Shown: positions 30,248 through 33,852 of the stretch, piece after piece | Layout: the number at the start of each line of letters is the position of its first letter | Position numbering within the stretch: the stretch's first letter is position 1 | Sequence record: SRR31147125_2000 | DNA length: 33,852 bases | Reading direction: 5' to 3' (one strand) | The notes under the pieces: model-generated | The model's input: the letters and a program-made list of their open reading frames with translations, nothing else | What the model was told of the DNA's origin: nothing | Database searches by the model: none | Position numbers and translations under genes: made by a program

Positions 30248-31269
30248 TAGTCAAATAACGCCTTTGTAACAGTAAGATGCATGCCTTTAGGAAATAAGAC
30301 TTCGATATGTGATACATCAGTGACATGCACGATTAAAAAATCTGCACATGTGATTTGCCATTTCCCTTGACCAAGTTTAAACGTTTTTTTCTCATATTGT
30401 TTTGCATAAACATTAAAAAAAGTCTCTTTTTTTTCAAGTAAATCATTAATTTTTAGATGATTTGTTTTATGATAGTTAACATACTCTGAGCCATATATGA
30501 CAGCATTCATCTTTTCTTTAGCAGTAAGTGCGATTAATCCTTCAGCAAACACGCTTTGATTTTCTCGCAACTGAAAAATTTTAGGATTCATTGTCTTTTG
30601 TGGTAATAATTTCTTATATGTTTGATATGGAAGAAATTGATGAAGATAACCTTCTTGATATAATCCAGGCATATCCCAAAGCATAACATCTTCATTGATT
30701 GGACGGTAAATGGCTTCTTGTGTTAAGCCTGCTTTATTCATCGCAAGCGCATGTTCATCATGCGTTAATGCTTTAAATAGCGTTGTTTTACCTGCATTTT
30801 GCACACCAATTAAATATACATTTTTTCTTTTCATACCCAATAAATAGTGTTTTAAGTTATCTATATCATATGGATTTTTAGCTGTCATAAAAATAATGTC
30901 TTTAAATGGTATGCGCATACGTCTAGCTTTTTCTACGATACGATCAAATAAAGCGTCCAAATTTGTACTCTCTGGCAATAAATCCATTTGATTAATGACA
31001 TAAACAAATGTCATATTGGGTTCATACCGATAAACAGGATATTCAAATAACATATCAAATGACATCACAGAACTCACCATCACTGCAACACCATCAGGAT
31101 TTAATTTGGGTAAATCTTCAGGATGAAAATGTGCGTTTGCCTCGCCATAATGATAAAGTCTATAACATGATTGACATAAATCATGTGCGAGACTAAGCGC
31201 ATATCCACGCGCATGCTCATCTGTTGTTTGTAGTGGTGCACCGCACCCTTTACATACATTATTTTTCAT
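30247..31269 (-). CDS. yqeH: YqeH-like circularly permuted GTPase
   Basis: CKGCG...CQSC zinc finger, GVQNAGKTT, DMPG. Follows yqeG. Confidence 0.85.
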   Translation of the reverse strand: MKNNVCKGCGAPLQTTDEHARGYALSLAHDLCQSCYRLYHYGEANAHFHPEDLPKLNPDGVAVMVSSVMSFDMLFEYPVYRYEPNMTFVYVINQMDLLPESTNLDALFDRIVEKARRMRIPFKDIIFMTAKNPYDIDNLKHYLLGMKRKNVYLIGVQNAGKTTLFKALTHDEHALAMNKAGLTQEAIYRPINEDVMLWDMPGLYQEGYLHQFLPYQTYKKLLPQKTMNPKIFQLRENQSVFAEGLIALTAKEKMNAVIYGSEYVNYHKTNHLKINDLLEKKETFFNVYAKQYEKKTFKLGQGKWQITCADFLIVHVTDVSHIEVLFPKGMHLTVTKALFD

Positions 31270-31795
31270 ATAGTTCTATTGTTTCTCCATAAGCTTTCGG
31301 ATATCTTTTTTTGACACCTTTTAAAATCATTTGTGCGATAAAACGATTAAATTTAGTAATCCATTTATCACTTGATTTCTTTAACGGTTTAACCAAAATA
31401 ACTGAAATACCTAAACGATTGGCACCTAACACATCAGTAAGTACTTGATCACCGATTAAACATACTTCATTTTTTGATCGTCCAACGATTTTAATCGCTT
31501 TTTTCAATCCCACTTTGAGTGGTTTTCTTGCAAAGTGAATATACTTAAAATCTTCAGCTGCTTCCATCACTCTTTTTTTAGGACTATTTGAAACAATCAC
31601 GATATCAAAATCATTGCTTAATGTTTTTAATAATGCGCGTCGATCGCCAAGAATTTGTGTTTCATCATAAGCGATAACTGTATTATCTAAGTCAAAAAAC
31701 AAGGATTTAACACCTTGTTTTTTTAAAATTTCATAATTAATTTTGTTAATGTTTTCAACATAACTCGTTGGTAAAAAATTTTTATAAAAAGCCAT
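31259..31795 (-). CDS. yqeG: YqeG family HAD IIIA phosphatase
   Basis: FDLDNT, VSN, ARKP, IGDQVLTDVLGANRLG. Confidence 0.92.
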   Translation of the reverse strand: MAFYKNFLPTSYVENINKINYEILKKQGVKSLFFDLDNTVIAYDETQILGDRRALLKTLSNDFDIVIVSNSPKKRVMEAAEDFKYIHFARKPLKVGLKKAIKIVGRSKNEVCLIGDQVLTDVLGANRLGISVILVKPLKKSSDKWITKFNRFIAQMILKGVKKRYPKAYGETIELYEK

Positions 31796-32265
31796 TAATT
31801 AATTTCCAAAATTTTAATTTTAAATAAACGACCAGTTTCCGATTTAACTTCAACTTCATCGCCTTCTTCTTTATTTAGCATTGCTTTACCCAGTGGTGAT
31901 TCAACTGATATTTTAGCAGCCATTGGATCTGCTTCAATGCTACCCACTAAACTAAATGTATTTTTTCTTTTTGATTCTAAAAATTCAACAGTCACTGATT
32001 TACCGATATTAACGATATCTTCAGATGTTGTGCGAATTACTTTAACATTTTTTAAAATTGTTTCAATTTCAGCAATTCTTGCTTCAATACGTGCTTGTTC
32101 GTTTCTTGCTGCATCATAATCTGCATTTTCAGACAAGTCACCTTGTGCTCTCGCTTCTTTTAATGCTTCTAAGTTTTCAGCGCGTTTTACGTCTTTTAAA
32201 AACGTTAATTCTTCTTTTATTTTATTAATACCTTCTTGTGTTAATTGGAATGTTTGTTTCGCCAT
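31795..32265 (-). CDS. greA: Transcription elongation factor GreA
   Basis: ARAQGDLSENADYDAA, ISVESPLGKA. Confidence 0.97.
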   Translation of the reverse strand: MAKQTFQLTQEGINKIKEELTFLKDVKRAENLEALKEARAQGDLSENADYDAARNEQARIEARIAEIETILKNVKVIRTTSEDIVNIGKSVTVEFLESKRKNTFSLVGSIEADPMAAKISVESPLGKAMLNKEEGDEVEVKSETGRLFKIKILEIN

Positions 32266-32307
32266 GAAAAGTACCTCCTAAGTTCATGTTATATTATACA
32301 ATATAAT

Positions 32308-32961
32308 TTATGTAATTACCATTTTTTTAAGTCTTTTTTGTATGTTTTTATGACCTGGCATCCAAGTATCAAGTATATCATAAAAATCCTTAGAATGGTT
32401 AAATACTAATTTATGCGCATATTCATGATATAAAACATATGTTAAATAGATTGAATCAAGTTGAGCAAGAAATGTATTTAATGTGATTTCATCGTACCTA
32501 CGATGATATGATCCAAACTTAGATTTTAAGTATTTATATTTTACAGGTAATGCATATAGACCATTATTTTTTATGATTGTTAAAACTTGAGGATGTATCG
32601 TAATCATCATTTCTTTCATTTCACTTAAATATATCTTTTTAATACCTGTTGTCCTATCACTTGCTTGAAGACTTATTGAATCTCTATGTTTAGTATAATT
32701 AAACAACCCTGTACTAAATTCTAGTTCATACGTTTTTCCCCAAAGCGTGATCTTTGAATCATCTGTTTGATAGTTTTGACGTTGCAACTTTTCATAGAGC
32801 TTATCAAATTGTTGTGCGATATAATGCTCTGAAAATCTCTTCATTAAGCGATTTGTTGAAATTTCAACATAACCATCTTTAACTCTTAAATATGTGTGCT
32901 TATTCTTTTTTACAATGACTTGATACTTAATAGTTTTACCATCTTTAACAAATGTTTTCAT
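32308..32961 (-). CDS. YgjP/DUF45-like zinc-motif protein (M48-like)
   Basis: KSKFGS, YVLYHEYAH..NHSKDFY. Start ATG 32961 after AGGTG. Confidence 0.85.
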   Translation of the reverse strand: MKTFVKDGKTIKYQVIVKKNKHTYLRVKDGYVEISTNRLMKRFSEHYIAQQFDKLYEKLQRQNYQTDDSKITLWGKTYELEFSTGLFNYTKHRDSISLQASDRTTGIKKIYLSEMKEMMITIHPQVLTIIKNNGLYALPVKYKYLKSKFGSYHRRYDEITLNTFLAQLDSIYLTYVLYHEYAHKLVFNHSKDFYDILDTWMPGHKNIQKRLKKMVIT

Positions 32962-33000
32962 ATATAACACCTAAAATTAGTTTTTTTATTAGTATAACAT

Positions 33001-33028
33001 AAAAAAATGAAGATATTTCTATCTTCAT
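33001..33028 (-). terminator. Intrinsic terminator after the last gene
   Basis: ATGAAGATA-tttc-TATCTTCAT stem with a T run on the minus strand. Confidence 0.65.
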
Positions 33029-33034
33029 CTTAGT

Positions 33035-33852
33035 TTACAATATATCAGTTAATTCAATTTCTTTTTGTATTTTTTCCATATATTGATTGACCACTGCCAT
33101 ATCAAATTTTTTAGGTTTTACTAAAGGATGTTTTCTATGTTTAATCGCAAGCGCTAATTGATGATTGTTTACAGATAAATAAATATGTTTCATCGTCGTA
33201 CGATCATAAATACTTTTGATTATCGCAATAAGCTTTTGATCAATTTCATTTGCAGTTTGTCCTTCTGGTTTAAAAACTAAAAACTCATTATCGACATCAA
33301 CTTTTCTAAATTTTGTGCCTTTTAGATAAGGTTTACCTTGTGTTCTTACTTGCAATGTTGTATCATATTCAACGTTTAATACACGAAATAGTCCATCAAA
33401 AAGGATGGTTGTAGATTGCCCATTACTTTGGACAAGACGCACATCATATAAATCAAATCGTTTTTGATCTTGATTAAAACCATTAATATGAAATTTAACA
33501 AATGCAGCACTTCTAGGAAATAGGCCTGTTTGATAAAAGCGTTCGATTTGTTCCTTGTTATTCTTTTCATAAGCTTGATATGTATATGTTTGTCCTTCAT
33601 CAACATTGATTTGATCAATGATTTTGTCATAGACAATATTAACAAACGGTTTTTCATATACAAATTTTGACATGATATATGCGAGCCCTATGAATAGTGC
33701 AAAAAATATAAACCAAACAAGAAAATATATCATGATACCTGTTTGACTTGCAAACCCAGTATCATTTTGAACCGCAAAATATATGGCAATACTCATACCA
33801 ACCATCATCAGTGCAAGCACTAAAAATATAATTGTGTTTATCTTTCTTTTTT
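33035..33852 (-). CDS. Hypothetical membrane protein, DUF3137-like (5' end outside the window)
   Basis: Frame stays open to the window edge. Two TM helices, then TGLF..QSNGQSTTILFDGLF, which resembles DUF3137 by eye only. Confidence 0.6.
   Translation of the reverse strand, partial: KRKINTIIFLVLALMMVGMSIAIYFAVQNDTGFASQTGIMIYFLVWFIFFALFIGLAYIMSKFVYEKPFVNIVYDKIIDQINVDEGQTYTYQAYEKNNKEQIERFYQTGLFPRSAAFVKFHINGFNQDQKRFDLYDVRLVQSNGQSTTILFDGLFRVLNVEYDTTLQVRTQGKPYLKGTKFRKVDVDNEFLVFKPEGQTANEIDQKLIAIIKSIYDRTTMKHIYLSVNNHQLALAIKHRKHPLVKPKKFDMAVVNQYMEKIQKEIELTDIL

Overview
AT-rich (roughly 30% GC by eye), gene-dense housekeeping region, mostly on the minus strand. It uses genetic code 11 (TGA is a stop) and has Firmicute-type AGGAGG ribosome-binding sites and sigma-A promoters. 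Gene order follows the Bacillus blocks cmk-rpsA-der-gpsA-hup, rny-ymdB-miaB-ricA-mutS-mutL, pgsA-recA and yqeG-yqeH-yqeK-rsfS-yqeM-comEA-comEC-holA/rpsT, but without the sporulation and cell-wall genes. This points to an Acholeplasmatales/Izemoplasmatales-like mollicute (inference). I see no rRNA, tRNA, CRISPR array or mobile element. Four single-base losses (der, the first GntR gene, comEC and the yqeK/rsfS junction; three of them in A7 runs) are most likely assembly errors, and one creates a false YqeK-RsfS fusion. The most interesting object is an uncharacterised 544-aa protein in the cotE slot between ricA and mutS. It has two or three Rho-N/HeH-like nucleic-acid-binding motifs, an acidic repeat linker, a short coiled coil and a C-terminal membrane anchor. 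Other points of interest are a tandem GntR-UTRA pair whose second member has a degenerate HTH, a LolCD/MacB-like ABC module with an orphan membrane protein between recA and rny, and a five-domain S1.
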